This document shows, in pieces, positions 1 through 11,307 of a DNA stretch of 64,000 nucleotides. Position numbers and translations under genes: made by a program. Location: positions 160,001 to 224,000 of the forward strand of contig CBDBGZ010000009.1 of NCBI GenBank assembly GCA_965205425.1, in the 5' to 3' direction. Under the pieces are notes generated by a model, which was given only the letters and a program-made list of their open reading frames with translations, ran no database searches and was not told the DNA's origin. The stretch is from Nitrosopumilus sp. (GTDB lineage Archaea > Thermoproteota > Nitrososphaeria > Nitrososphaerales > Nitrosopumilaceae). The stretch's first letter is position 1. Each line of letters starts with the position of its first letter.

Positions 1-246
1 TTCAAGGGGAAAATTTGGCTAGTAGAGGCAGATGAGACAGATAAGCGGTTCATCGAAGACTTGTTTTTTCCAACTAAAATTTTGTCAATTAATGCAGTAT
101 GGGCCCCAGGAGGAGTTCAAAAGACAAAAGCAGTGGTTTCAGGAAAATGGACTCCTAAATTTCCAATAGATACTGAGAAAGTTGTTCAAATAGTTAGAAA
201 TGCCCGAAACCTTGACATTGAGATAGAATTTGAGGATAAAAGATAG
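1..246 (+). CDS. 3' part of conserved archaeal protein, possibly NusA-like/KH-domain (partial at window edge)
   Basis: Frame is open from position 1 (FKGKIWLVEADETDKRFIEDL...) and ends 2 nt before aspS. Confidence 0.5.
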   Translation, partial: FKGKIWLVEADETDKRFIEDLFFPTKILSINAVWAPGGVQKTKAVVSGKWTPKFPIDTEKVVQIVRNARNLDIEIEFEDKR

Positions 247-248
247 AT

Positions 249-1535
249 ATGGTTTTTGTAAAAACACACGATATTTCTGAATTGAATGAAGAGTTGATTG
301 GAAAACAAGTTGTGCTAGGGGGATGGATTGAAGATCTTAGAAAATTAGGAAAAATGTCATTTATTACACTTCGTGACGTATCAGGGATTTCTCAAGTTAT
401 AGTTAAAGGAGAACTAAATGACAATTTAGGGGAAATTAATCGTCAAAGTGTTGTAAGCATTAAAGGAATCGTACAAGAAACCAAGGCTAGAGATTTTGCA
501 TTTGAGGTAAAAGCTGATGAAATCGAAGTTTTAGGAAAAGCAATTCATCCACTACCAGTAGACCCAATTGGCAGACTAGAAAGTAATATCGATACACGGT
601 TAAATCATCGAGCATTAGATATGAGAAATCAAAAAACAGCTTCGATTTTTAAATTACGTCATCATGTATTGCAATCATTAAGAAAAACTCTTGCAGAGAA
701 AAAATTCTTAGAGATTACGACACCAAAAATTATTGGTAGTGCAAGTGAAGGTGGGGCAGATTTATTTTCATTAGATTATTTTGGAAAAACAGCATATCTT
801 GCTCAAAGTCCACAATTATACAAAGAACAAATGACCATCGGATTAGAAAGAGTGTTTGAAATTTCAAATTTTTACAGAGCTGAAAATTCCCACACAGGCA
901 GACATTTGACAGAATTCACTAGTATCGACATAGAGGCTGCATTCATGGACTATGAAGATGTCATGAATGTTTTAGAATCTTTAGTGTTAGCAGTTTACAA
1001 AGACGTTTCAGAAAATTGTAAAGAGGAACAAGAATCTATTGAGCACATAATAGAAGTACCTACAGCACCATTTGAGAGAGTAACATACACTCAATGTGTT
1101 GAAGAATTGAAAAAAGAAGGTGAAAAAGTTGAGTTTGGAGACGATTTACTTGATTCGCATCTTAGAATTATTGGCAAAAACCACCCTGGATTTTACTTTT
1201 TGACAGATTGGCCAATGAAACTAAAACCATTTTACATTAGAGAAAAAGATGAAGATGCCACATTATCACGTTCATTTGACTTACAGTATGGATTTTTGGA
1301 GTTATCTTCAGGAGGAACCAGACTGCACAATCCAGAAATGCTCAAAGAGAGACTGAAAGAACAAGGATTAGACCCCACTCAATTTAATGACCATTTGAAA
1401 ACATTTGATTGGGGAATGCCACCTCATTCTGGATGGGGCATGGGATTAGATAGACTGATGACTACACTAATTGGAATTGATAATGTTCGTGAAGTTGTTT
1501 TGTATCCACGCGATCCAGACAGGTTAAGTCCATAG
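249..1535 (+). CDS. aspS: Aspartyl-tRNA synthetase, archaeal type (probably non-discriminating)
   Basis: N-terminal OB fold; YLAQSPQLYK, FYRAENS..RHLTEF and GMPPHSGWGMGLDRL class II motifs. Confidence 0.96.
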   Translation: MVFVKTHDISELNEELIGKQVVLGGWIEDLRKLGKMSFITLRDVSGISQVIVKGELNDNLGEINRQSVVSIKGIVQETKARDFAFEVKADEIEVLGKAIHPLPVDPIGRLESNIDTRLNHRALDMRNQKTASIFKLRHHVLQSLRKTLAEKKFLEITTPKIIGSASEGGADLFSLDYFGKTAYLAQSPQLYKEQMTIGLERVFEISNFYRAENSHTGRHLTEFTSIDIEAAFMDYEDVMNVLESLVLAVYKDVSENCKEEQESIEHIIEVPTAPFERVTYTQCVEELKKEGEKVEFGDDLLDSHLRIIGKNHPGFYFLTDWPMKLKPFYIREKDEDATLSRSFDLQYGFLELSSGGTRLHNPEMLKERLKEQGLDPTQFNDHLKTFDWGMPPHSGWGMGLDRLMTTLIGIDNVREVVLYPRDPDRLSP

Positions 1536-1549
1536 AGAGAATTAGAAAA

Positions 1550-1783
1550 ATGACATTATTTTGTAAACAATGCAATGAAAGAAGGATGCCAATAGTTTTT
1601 GCAAAAGATAAAGCTCCATTATGGTTATGTGAAAAATGTGGAAATTTTGCAGATGGAAATGATGTTATCGTTCGTGAACAGACTAAAGAAGAAAAAGATG
1701 AAATGAATACTAAATTAGAGAAATTCCAAAAAGATTTCGTTCCAACAGGAGAGAAGAAAAGTAGGAGAAAGGGAGTAAATTGA
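1550..1783 (+). CDS. Small Zn-ribbon protein
   Basis: CKQC...CEKC. Confidence 0.7.
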   Translation: MTLFCKQCNERRMPIVFAKDKAPLWLCEKCGNFADGNDVIVREQTKEEKDEMNTKLEKFQKDFVPTGEKKSRRKGVN

Positions 1784-1811
1784 GATATAATGCATTCAAA
1801 TTTTTATTCCA

Positions 1812-2084
1812 TTGAGGTTTTACAATCACATGATTGAACAAGAAGATGCAAAAAAAGTAGTTGAAGTTATAGGAAATAACTTGATTGGAGTATCACATGA
1901 TTCAAGCAATTTTGCAAAACTACCAGATTCTTTTTGGGGGTATTTCGCAAGAGGGCACGATAAAAAAGGAACATTTGGAGTAATAGTCACTTATTCTGAA
2001 GATGGAAAGGATGTTGATGAATTAATAAAAATGTATGAAGATTGGGCTGCAAAAAACAAAACAAAATCAGAAGAATCTACTTAG
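1812..2084 (+). CDS. Hypothetical protein
   Basis: 90-aa ORF; the start may be the ATG of MIEQ. Confidence 0.6.
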   Translation: MRFYNHMIEQEDAKKVVEVIGNNLIGVSHDSSNFAKLPDSFWGYFARGHDKKGTFGVIVTYSEDGKDVDELIKMYEDWAAKNKTKSEEST

Positions 2085-2208
2085 TTTCTTTAAGTAATTT
2101 TCTATATCCAGCACATTCTTTACAAATTGGTTTTCCCTTATACTTTGGATTACCATCAGTAATTTTTAGAGTTCCCGGAACTGCTTTACAAATACAACAA
2201 TCCGCCAT
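2077..2208 (-). CDS. 43-aa Zn-finger microprotein (not in ORF track)
   Basis: Hand translation MADCCICKAVPGTLKITDGNPKYKGKPICKECAGYRKLLKETK; TTTATAAA box about 25 nt upstream. Confidence 0.65.
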   Translation of the reverse strand: MADCCICKAVPGTLKITDGNPKYKGKPICKECAGYRKLLKETK

Positions 2209-2472
2209 ATGGTTTGATTAAATTTACAATTTATAAAAATTGGCAATTATACAAAATATGAAAATAACTAAGGAAAACAGGCTCAAAAGATTTGCATAAC
2301 TAATCGATCAAATTTTTTACACATTTTGATCTTTATCAAAAAGTATCTAGTAATTTTCATGAATACAAATTATGAAGTATTTTTGTGGATCATACAAAAT
2401 CAGAAAAAAACTCATGATGAATATATTCAGAAAATATCCTAGTTGAAGAAATTATCATCAGATGGAAATTAG

Positions 2473-3501
2473 TCTATTATCCTCAAATTAGTTCACCCCA
2501 TTATTTCCAGACTAAAGTCAAGATACGTTTGGAAAAGAGGAAAGAATCACAAGATTATGCAAAAATTAGATCCAATCCAGATATCCTGGATAATCAAGTC
2601 AAAAGAGGACGGTGCCAAGAACGCAGACGTTGCCTCATCCATGAAGATATCTGTTCGGTGGGTGCAGAAACTCTACTCACGGTATAGCCGTACTGGTGCA
2701 GTTCCGATTCTAGGCAAGCCTGGAAGGCCAAAGGGAATAATCACAGAGCAGATGGTACAAACTGTCCAGTCTACATTTGAAAAGTTCAGGTGTTCTGCAG
2801 TATTCTTGGAGAAAATAATTGATACTACTGGAACACACATACCTCACAATACCATACACAAAATTATGAGAGATGAAGGGTTGGCAGAAGCTCAGCCAAA
2901 GAAGAGGAGAAGACGAAAGTGGGTTAGATACGAGAGGACATATTCAAACTCCATGTGGCATACTGACTGGAAGAAGCTAGATGATGGCAGATGGTTCTTA
3001 TGCTACCAGGATGACGCATCAAGGTTTATCGTTTCTCATGGAGTGTTTGCAGAGGCAACAACAGATAACGCACTTGTAGTATTACATGAGGCAATTGCAA
3101 AGCACGGTAGGCCTGCATCAATTCTAACTGATCATGGCTCCCAGTTTTATGCAAACCAATCAGAATACAAGAGAAAAGGAGCATCCCAGTTTGAGCAAGA
3201 ACTGGTAAAATTAGAGATAAAGCATATCATGGCAAGAGTGAACCATCCTCAAACCAATGGCAAGCTCGAAAGATTTCACGGCGAGATTCAGAGAAAGCAG
3301 AAATGGTTTGGCACCATTGATGAGCTGGTCCACTGGTACAATCACATAAAGCCACACATGTCACTTGACTGGGATAATCTTGAGACCCCTGCAAAGGCAT
3401 ATGCAAGAAAGATGCCAGAGAAAGGAACAAGAGTTATTGATGAGCAGACAGGAGAAGAATACGATGTCAAATAAGGGACGAACTGATTTTGGGATACAAC
3501 A
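2473..3501 (+). mobile_element. IS481-family insertion sequence (transposase 2557..3474)
   Basis: HTH plus integrase core (WHTDWK, TDHGSQF, PQTNGKLERF); imperfect terminal IRs; flanking direct repeat TCAGATGGAAATTAG at 2458-2472 and 3502-3516. Confidence 0.9.
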
Positions 3502-3677
3502 TCAGATGGAAATTAGGATCATCGTTAAATATGATTTTGACGTAATAGATATGACGAGAAACCATTGTTCTGCATCGTAGAATGATAGGTCTGGAAAACA
3601 CATCATGTTAGGAATACGTCCTCGATTCAACGTGTTTTCCTTGTATCTCGTTGTATCAAAAAAATTGTGATAAGATT

Positions 3678-5395
3678 ATGACCAAACTAAATGCAACTGG
3701 AATCAGTAGATGGGAAAGTACATCAAATTACACATTCTAGAAAATAATTATTTTTGTTATTTCTAAAGTAATGAATAATTATCTTTACAAAGAAATATTT
3801 GAGAATTTCAATTGATATTATTGGTTTGTAATTTTTTACATTAGTTTCTTCTGAGATAATCAAATTAGCAATTATCCATGCATTGTACAAAATCAATGAA
3901 TAGTAAAAATACAACAATCTTATGGATTGGTTTGAACTGGTGGTTTTTGGTCTGAACCTTCCCACACATGCATAGCCTGTTTCAATTCCCCAACGTTTCT
4001 TGTAATCAGTTGGAATGTTTTGTATGTTATATGATATTTCTTTTGGTGAAACGTTTGTTGCAAACACAACATACTGATCAATAATATCTGATTTTTTTCT
4101 TGCATTTTTGTTTGGTAGAATAACTAGATTAAATGATTCTACATGTCCTGATGATGATTTTATTGTGTATGGCGAGATTGACTTTCTATCTCCATTAACG
4201 TATTGTAAAATGGCATCTTTGATTCGAGAATTCTTTTTTGCAGGCATTAGAAATTTCAGATTCTTTTGTTTTATTTCTGAAATTGTTCCAGCTGTGAAAA
4301 ACTCCCTATCCACTAGCAATAGTTTAATCTTGATTCCATTATTGATGCCATCAGAGAGTAATTTACGCACAAAATCGGCATTTGATATGTTGTCATACAA
4401 AGGATAACAACCTAATTGAGCCCTGATTCTTTTTTCAACGCACTGCATGGTGCAGTAACTCTCAAAATGAGTAGTACTGTTTTTTGATTTTGATTTTATT
4501 AAAGAATGGTTTGGCAATTTGTCATATCTTGGGATTAGATGTTTGTCAATTGCTACAGTAACTGGTTGCTCCAATACTCCCAATTCTTGTAATTTTGATA
4601 TGGTACTATCCAGTGAACGATGTAATTGAATTTGCATTGTTTTTTGTGATATTTTTGATATAATTTTTCTCAACCATGAAACCCGTTGGAGAATGATTCT
4701 GGGATTCCATTGCCAGTCTCTTTAATCCAGATTCAGAATATGAATTTCCCAAACACAATGACATGATAGAATTGTGTGCATCAGCATTGTGGAACCGTGA
4801 GTTATTTTTACTAGAGCATGGAAACAACAAGATATTGTACATTATTTTAGTGATAATCTCAAATGCTTTAGATAGTATCACGCCTTGGTGTGTCATGGTA
4901 TCAAATGAAGTACAATGCATATTTGATGGAGTGACATACTTTCATCAAGCTTTTTCTATCTGAATAGATTGATTGAATAATTGATAGTTTTTGATCTAAA
5001 TTGAGTTACTTTCCCATCTACTGGGAATCGATCATGTAAACATGAAAGTAAAGAATTTAGAACAAAGTATAGAATTTTACAAAAATCTTTTCGGCTTTGA
5101 AGTAAAAAAGGAAGAAAACGAACCAAACAAACTCGAAGCTCCATCAAAAATTATTGGGAATGATTCTATCAAATTATGTATGTATGAGATGCCAGATATG
5201 AAACCAGAGGGTGGAATTGCACATTTTGGATTCAATATTGAAAATTTTGATGAAGTGATTTCAAAGTGCAAAGAACTAGGAGTGCAGATTCTATATGGAG
5301 GAACTATTGACTGGGAGAAATCAAAATCAGTATACATTGTAGATCCTAGCGGATATGGATTGGAATTAGGGCAAGTTTCTGGTGGCGGATTATAG
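3678..5395 (+). pseudogene. VOC/glyoxalase-family gene split by the ISH3 element
   Basis: Removing the IS and one TSD gives MTKLNATGIDHVNMKVKNLEQS...DPSGYGLEL in one frame. Confidence 0.85.
3704..5023 (-). mobile_element. ISH3-family IS with frameshifted transposase (ORFs 4606..4920 and 3723..4673)
   Basis: Perfect 17-bp TIR CAGTAGATGGGAAAGTA (3704-3720 / 5007-5023); 5-bp TSD GGAAT; DDE motifs AIDKH, VDREF, YKKRWGIETGY; frameshift near 4680. Confidence 0.88.
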
Positions 5396-5397
5396 CA

Positions 5398-6411
5398 TTA
5401 GAGATTATCTGTAATCTGTTTTGTAAACTCTAAAGTACTTTTATCCCCACCAATATCTTTAGTTTTGATACCAGACTTTACCAAATCAAATATTGTCGAT
5501 TCCAATTTCTGACCAACTTCAATACATTTAGAATCATTGTGTTTCTTTCCCAACCAATCAAACATCATCTTAATAGATAACAAGAATGAGGAAGGATTTG
5601 CAATATTTTGTCCTGCAATGTCAAATGCTGCACCATGTACAGGCTCAAACAATGCAAATTTGTCTCCAATGTTAGCAGTTGGGGCCATCCCCAATCCACC
5701 AACTACTTGAGAGGATTCATCAGATAAAATATCTCCAAACAAATTAGTTGTAACTACAACATCAAATTGTTCGGGTTGACGAATTAAATTCATTGCACAT
5801 GCATCTACATACATTTCTTCAAATGTAATATCAGGATAATCTTTAGAAACTTCAGTGCATGCTTTTGCAAACATGCCATCAGTAACTCGCATGACATTTG
5901 ATTTATGTACACAAGTAACTTTTCTCATAGAGTCACGTTGTTTTGCAGTTTCAAATGCATATTTTGCTATTCTTTTTGAGGCAGCTTCAGAAATTATTCT
6001 TAGAGCAACAGAGGAATCACCTAAACTGAATTCTTTACCAGTGTAAAGATCTTCAGTGTTCTCTCTAACTATCACCATATCAATATCATCACGCAATGCA
6101 GGCATATGTGGGTAGGATTTTGCAGGACGGATATTTGCATAAAGATCAAGCATTCTTCTCAACACCACAATGACATCAGCTGCACTTTCACCAACAGGAG
6201 CTTTCAAACAAACATCAGATTGTTTTATAGTTTCAACAGTTTCATCAGGAAGTGCTTTTCCAGTTTCAGATAAGGCCTTGTCACCTGCAGATAATTTTGT
6301 GATATCAAATTTCAGATCAAGCTTATCATGGATTGTATTTAATACAGAAATTGCAGATTCGGATAATTCAGGACCTATTCCATCGCCCGTAATTAATGAT
6401 ATTTTATACAT
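5398..6411 (-). CDS. leuB: 3-isopropylmalate dehydrogenase
   Basis: GDGIGPE, IVRENTED, NLFGDILSD, EPVHGAAFDIAG; lies in ilv/leu operon. Confidence 0.9.
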   Translation of the reverse strand: MYKISLITGDGIGPELSESAISVLNTIHDKLDLKFDITKLSAGDKALSETGKALPDETVETIKQSDVCLKAPVGESAADVIVVLRRMLDLYANIRPAKSYPHMPALRDDIDMVIVRENTEDLYTGKEFSLGDSSVALRIISEAASKRIAKYAFETAKQRDSMRKVTCVHKSNVMRVTDGMFAKACTEVSKDYPDITFEEMYVDACAMNLIRQPEQFDVVVTTNLFGDILSDESSQVVGGLGMAPTANIGDKFALFEPVHGAAFDIAGQNIANPSSFLLSIKMMFDWLGKKHNDSKCIEVGQKLESTIFDLVKSGIKTKDIGGDKSTLEFTKQITDNL

Positions 6412-6444
6412 AATTACACATCACACAAAGGGAGATTTTAGGAT

Positions 6445-7962
6445 TTAGCTTACCTGTTTTTCACTAAGCATTTTTTTGAGCATGATTCTATTGATTGCAT
6501 CAATGACTGCTTTTACAGAAGTAGTAACAATATCCTCACCAACAGATTTTGCTGAAACCTTGTTTCCTAATGGATCCTCAACTTTTACTGTAACTTCACA
6601 TAATGCTCCAGAACCGCCAGAAATAGATGCCAATCCATAGTCCTTGATTCGAATTTCGGAAATCTTACCAGTGATTTTTTGAATTGCATTTAATGCAGCA
6701 TCTACAGGACCAACTCCGTAATCAGTACCAATATGATCCTGACCATCAACGTTTAATTTTACAAATGCGTATGGCATTGTTCCAATTCCAGTAGAAACTG
6801 AAAAACCAGTTAATTGTACAATTCTTTTGAGTTCTTTTTCACCCAATACTTCACTTGCCATAGATAACAATTCTACATCAGTGACTTGTTTTCCTTGATC
6901 ACCAAGTACCTTTACTTTTTCCAAGATTTGTTTTGCTTGTTCCTCAGTTGGTTTTACACCATATTCTTCCAACATTGCATTCATTCCATGAACTCCTGCA
7001 TGTTTTCCAACCTTGAGCCATCTTTTTCTTCCCACTAATTCAGGGCTAATGGGTTCGTAAGTGAGAGGATTATTCAATACACCATGAGTGTGGATTCCAG
7101 ACTCGTGACCAAATGCATTAGCACCAACTATTGCTTTGTTTGGTTGTACAATAATTCCAACAGTTTTTGAAATAAATCTAGATGCATCATAGATTAATTC
7201 AGATTTAATGTTAGTTTCATAATTTTGTTCATATGGCAAACATTTGAGTGCCATGGAAAATTCTTCTAATGAAGCATTTCCAGCTCTCTCACCAATTCCA
7301 TTAATTGTAACATGTGCACATGCAGCTCCTGCATGAATTCCAGATAATGCGTTTGCTACAGCCAATCCAAAGTCATTGTGACAGTGAACACTCACTGGAA
7401 GTTTTGTAGCTTCAATGGCATCCCTAGTAATTTCAGCCATATACTCAGGAGTTGAATAGCCCACAGTATCAGGAATGTTAACACGGTCAGCCCCTGCTTT
7501 AGCAACATCGCCGAAAACTTTTTTCAAAAATTCTCTGTCTGTTCTAGATGCATCTTCAGCTGAAAATTCTACTTGCAAGCCACGAGACTTTCCATATTCT
7601 ACAGCTTCAATTGCTTTTTCAAGCGCTTGGTCTCTAGTCATTTGGAGTTTGTGTTCCAGGTGAATATCTGAAGTTGCGATGAATGTATGGACATAGTTTA
7701 ATCCGGCATCAACAGCTGCATCAATATCTTTTTTGATGGTTCTAGTCAATCCTGCAATTTCACAAGATAATCCTTCTGAAGTTATCATTTTAACAGCTTG
7801 TGATTCACCTGCAGAGATTACTGGAAAACCTGCTTCAATAGCATCAACACCTAATTCATCAAGTTTTTTTGCAATTGCTAATTTTTGATCAGGTGATAAC
7901 GATACACCAAGTGTTTGTTCTCCATCTCTTAATGTGGTATCAAAAATTCTGACATTTACCAT
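6445..7962 (-). CDS. leuA: 2-isopropylmalate synthase (LeuA/CimA family)
   Basis: DTTLRDGEQ, HCHNDFG, GIGERAGN, C-terminal regulatory domain GVGPVDA. Confidence 0.9.
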   Translation of the reverse strand: MVNVRIFDTTLRDGEQTLGVSLSPDQKLAIAKKLDELGVDAIEAGFPVISAGESQAVKMITSEGLSCEIAGLTRTIKKDIDAAVDAGLNYVHTFIATSDIHLEHKLQMTRDQALEKAIEAVEYGKSRGLQVEFSAEDASRTDREFLKKVFGDVAKAGADRVNIPDTVGYSTPEYMAEITRDAIEATKLPVSVHCHNDFGLAVANALSGIHAGAACAHVTINGIGERAGNASLEEFSMALKCLPYEQNYETNIKSELIYDASRFISKTVGIIVQPNKAIVGANAFGHESGIHTHGVLNNPLTYEPISPELVGRKRWLKVGKHAGVHGMNAMLEEYGVKPTEEQAKQILEKVKVLGDQGKQVTDVELLSMASEVLGEKELKRIVQLTGFSVSTGIGTMPYAFVKLNVDGQDHIGTDYGVGPVDAALNAIQKITGKISEIRIKDYGLASISGGSGALCEVTVKVEDPLGNKVSAKSVGEDIVTTSVKAVIDAINRIMLKKMLSEKQVS

Positions 7963-8447
7963 TATGCACCACTTCTCTGTAATGCAGCAACCCCAGTTCG
8001 TGCAACATCAAGAATTCCAAATGGTTTTGCTAATTCTTCAAATGCCTTGATTTGATCTGGGGTGGCAGTTAATTCCACCATGATAGAATCTTTCTTTACA
8101 TCATGAACTTTACCATCATATGCATTTGCCAATTTGTTAATTTCCATACTATCATTAGCATTACTGAGTTTTATCTTAAAAATACTAAGTTCTCGAAATA
8201 CAGTTTTGTGCTCATCTAAACGCTCAACTTTGACTGTGTCAATCATTTTATCGAGTTGTTTGACTATCTGAGCAATTTGCTTTTCATCACCATATGTAGT
8301 AATAGTCATTTTTGAATAATCAGGATTCTCAGTGGTCCCTACAGAAATACTATCAATATTGAAATTTCTTGCTCTAAAAAGATGAGTTACCTTAAACAAG
8401 ATTCCAGGTTTGTTTTCAACTAAAATAGAAAGAATTGCCCACATCAT
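7962..8447 (-). CDS. ilvH: Acetolactate synthase small subunit
   Basis: ACT domain ENKPGIL..RNFNIDSI; C-terminal ARTG. Confidence 0.93.
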   Translation of the reverse strand: MMWAILSILVENKPGILFKVTHLFRARNFNIDSISVGTTENPDYSKMTITTYGDEKQIAQIVKQLDKMIDTVKVERLDEHKTVFRELSIFKIKLSNANDSMEINKLANAYDGKVHDVKKDSIMVELTATPDQIKAFEELAKPFGILDVARTGVAALQRSGA

Positions 8448-8454
8448 AAATCAC

Positions 8455-10167
8455 CTAAGAGGGTAAAATCATATCCGATAACGAAGTTCCAGGAGCTACA
8501 AATGGCAATACGTCTTCCTCAGGATCAATTGGAATGTCAATTACGGTTGCCACATCACTGCTTAATGCATCTTTGATAGCTTTATCAAGTTCATCCATAG
8601 ATTGTGCTCTAATTCCTTGAGCACCATAAGACTGGGCTAATTTTACATAATCAGGACAACTGTGTTGTTCAACACCAGTCATTCTTCTATCATAGAAAGT
8701 TCTTTGCCATTGAGCTACCATTCCCAACGAAGAATTATTCAAAAGAAATACAATGACAGGAATATCTTCCAACACTGCAGTTGCAAGAGAATTTTCAGTC
8801 ATACTAAAACTACCATCACCTGCAATATCTACAACAGGAACATCAGGTTTTGCAACTTTAGCACCAATAGCAGCTGGAAAACCCCAACCCATAGTACCAA
8901 GGCCAGTAGAACTAAAGAAAGTACCAGGTTGAATTACATCATAAAATAATGATGCCCACATTTGATGTTGACCTACTTCAGTTGTTACAATAGATTCTTT
9001 TGGCAATAATTCACGTAATTTACGTAAAAGTTTAGCAGCACCCATTTCACCTGGATGAAGTTTCAAATTTTCTTTCCAATAGGATTTAGTTTCTTGTACA
9101 TGTTTAAACCAAGGAGTTTCTTCTGTTTTTCTAATTGCTTTTTGTAAAAGTATCTTAACCATAACTCTAAGATTTACACGTACATCTCCAATTACTGCAA
9201 TTTGCGCATTTTGATTTTTGCCTATTTCTGCAGGATCAACATCCATATGAATAATCTTTAATCGTTTTTCAAATGCCTCAAAGGTTCCAACAGATCTATC
9301 CGAGAATCTAGTGCCTATTGCTAATACACAATCAGCCTCTGCCATCATTTTGTTAGCTTCTGCATGTCCATGCATTCCAATTGGGCCTAATGATAATGGG
9401 TGAGTTTCAGGAAATGCACCCTTGCCTTTGAAAGTTGTAACAACAGGAAGCATTAGAGCTTCTGCAATTGATTGCAATTCAGGAAATGCAGAAGAAATGA
9501 TTACACCACCACCAGCTAAGATGATTGGTTTTTCTGCATGAAGTAACATGTCTATTGCTCTTTCAACATTAACAATATCAGGATCAGCCCAAGGATGATA
9601 TCCTTGAATTTTAAATTCATCTGGAAAATTCATTGGTGCTTCATTTGTTTGTACATCTTTTGGAACATCAATTAATACGGGTCCAGGTCTTCCAGTTTCT
9701 GCAATGAAGAATCCTTTTTTGACAACTTCAGGAACTTCAGCAGCAGTTCTTGGTTGAAATGCATATTTTACAACAGGATTTGCCATTCCAATAATGTCAC
9801 TTTCCTGAAATGCATCTTTTCCAATCATATTAACAGATACTTGTCCAGTTACTGCAATCATCGGAGCTGAATCAGCTTGAGCTGTTGCAATACCAGTCAA
9901 AATATTAGTTGCACCAGGTCCGGATGTTGCAAAACATACACCAGGTTTTCTACTTACTCGACCAAAACCATCAGCCATATGAGTAGCAGATTGTTCATGT
10001 CTTACCAAGATATGTCTAATATCACATCGATTAAACTCATCATACATTGGAAGATTTGCACCTCCTGGTAATCCAAATACTTGTTTGACGCCTTCTTTTT
10101 CCATAGCCGTCATCAAGGCCTTTGCACCTGTCATATTTTCCATTTTATTCATTAAATTTCTCTCCAT
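8455..10167 (-). CDS. ilvB: Acetolactate synthase large subunit
   Basis: FGLPGG, RHEQ, TSGPGATN, GDGSF ThDP motif; true start may be a few codons downstream. Confidence 0.95.
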   Translation of the reverse strand: MERNLMNKMENMTGAKALMTAMEKEGVKQVFGLPGGANLPMYDEFNRCDIRHILVRHEQSATHMADGFGRVSRKPGVCFATSGPGATNILTGIATAQADSAPMIAVTGQVSVNMIGKDAFQESDIIGMANPVVKYAFQPRTAAEVPEVVKKGFFIAETGRPGPVLIDVPKDVQTNEAPMNFPDEFKIQGYHPWADPDIVNVERAIDMLLHAEKPIILAGGGVIISSAFPELQSIAEALMLPVVTTFKGKGAFPETHPLSLGPIGMHGHAEANKMMAEADCVLAIGTRFSDRSVGTFEAFEKRLKIIHMDVDPAEIGKNQNAQIAVIGDVRVNLRVMVKILLQKAIRKTEETPWFKHVQETKSYWKENLKLHPGEMGAAKLLRKLRELLPKESIVTTEVGQHQMWASLFYDVIQPGTFFSSTGLGTMGWGFPAAIGAKVAKPDVPVVDIAGDGSFSMTENSLATAVLEDIPVIVFLLNNSSLGMVAQWQRTFYDRRMTGVEQHSCPDYVKLAQSYGAQGIRAQSMDELDKAIKDALSSDVATVIDIPIDPEEDVLPFVAPGTSLSDMILPS

Positions 10168-10203
10168 AATTTTAAGATACTAGACTACTGTTGTTACAGG
10201 AGT

Positions 10204-10257
10204 TTAATTCACAACCTCCAGTAGAATAATTGAAGAAGCAGCTACTGGATTGAACAT
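10204..10257 (-). promoter_or_regulatory. Putative Ile/Leu/Val-rich leader peptide (MFNPVAASSIILLEVVN) with alternative RNA pairings
   Basis: 17-codon ORF about 24 nt below a TTTTATAA box and directly upstream of ilvB; IILLEVV run. Confidence 0.6.
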
Positions 10258-10291
10258 ATTACATCAAAGTTACAGATTCTTATAAAATTAG

Positions 10292-11059
10292 CTAATTTTG
10301 AGATTGTTTATCAGCGGGCTTGAGCGGTCTTTTAAAATGAGCAGTAACCAATTTTACAAAATCCAAAGTATTTTTCCATTTATCAGCACCCTCTACATCG
10401 GCAAGATGTTCTAAACGATAATGAATGAATTGAATAAGAGTTTGTTCTTCTTTCCTAAGAGATACACCTTTCAGATGACCAAAAAAATGATGAAGATCAA
10501 CATCTTGAAAAACGAGAGCGTAAGTCTCCAATGATTTACCATTCTTTACAGGTACAGAATAAGGATAAAATCTACTTTTAAGAACTACATAATCAGAATC
10601 AAAAAATCTATCAACTACGCTAAATGCACTAGGAGTCAAATGAACTCCAATCCAATTTGCATGTTCATAATACTGAGCTGCTTCATCAATAGCAGGTCCT
10701 AAAATCATTTTGTTTGACTCATAAAAATTTCCAATACTCATACAACCTCGTAAAAATATACTACGAGGTAAACCAAAAAGAGTAGCACTAAGCACATGAA
10801 CACCTAACTCATAAAGCAATTTTTCAATAGGATGTTTTCCGGAACAAGTAAGTATCAAAGTATCTGAAAAAGCATATAGATTAAAGACAAATCCGTTTTT
10901 ACGAGCATCCGAAAAATGATCATCAAGAACATTAACAAAATATTCCCAATTTGCGATTACTTCTTGAGGGTTTTTTTGTTTCCAGATACCTTTAGTACCT
11001 AACGCATCAAGAATACAGATTGCACCATATTGTTTAGAATGTTGTATTTTCTTAGCCAA
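10292..11059 (-). CDS. Class III nucleotidyl-cyclase-like protein
   Basis: ILDALG, AFSDT and LRGCMSIG...GPAIDEA pattern of the adenylate/guanylate cyclase fold. Confidence 0.6.
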   Translation of the reverse strand: MAKKIQHSKQYGAICILDALGTKGIWKQKNPQEVIANWEYFVNVLDDHFSDARKNGFVFNLYAFSDTLILTCSGKHPIEKLLYELGVHVLSATLFGLPRSIFLRGCMSIGNFYESNKMILGPAIDEAAQYYEHANWIGVHLTPSAFSVVDRFFDSDYVVLKSRFYPYSVPVKNGKSLETYALVFQDVDLHHFFGHLKGVSLRKEEQTLIQFIHYRLEHLADVEGADKWKNTLDFVKLVTAHFKRPLKPADKQSQN

Positions 11060-11307
11060 AAGATAGATCTTAATTCAGGTTAAATTTCAATCTTTAGTAA
11101 TGAACTGAGAACAAAAATAGTCACAGAAAATTTGAGGATTCATTAAACTCTCCGCAGAATGGGACGCTAAGTTAGTAAATTTTAGGACACTATAGTAGAA
11201 CAACAAGAGGCAAATCATTGCCCAATCTTTCAGTTAATTTTGTATCCATTGAAATCATAAAAATAATCAATTGATAATTAATAAAGATTATCTGAAAAAT
11301 AATCGAG

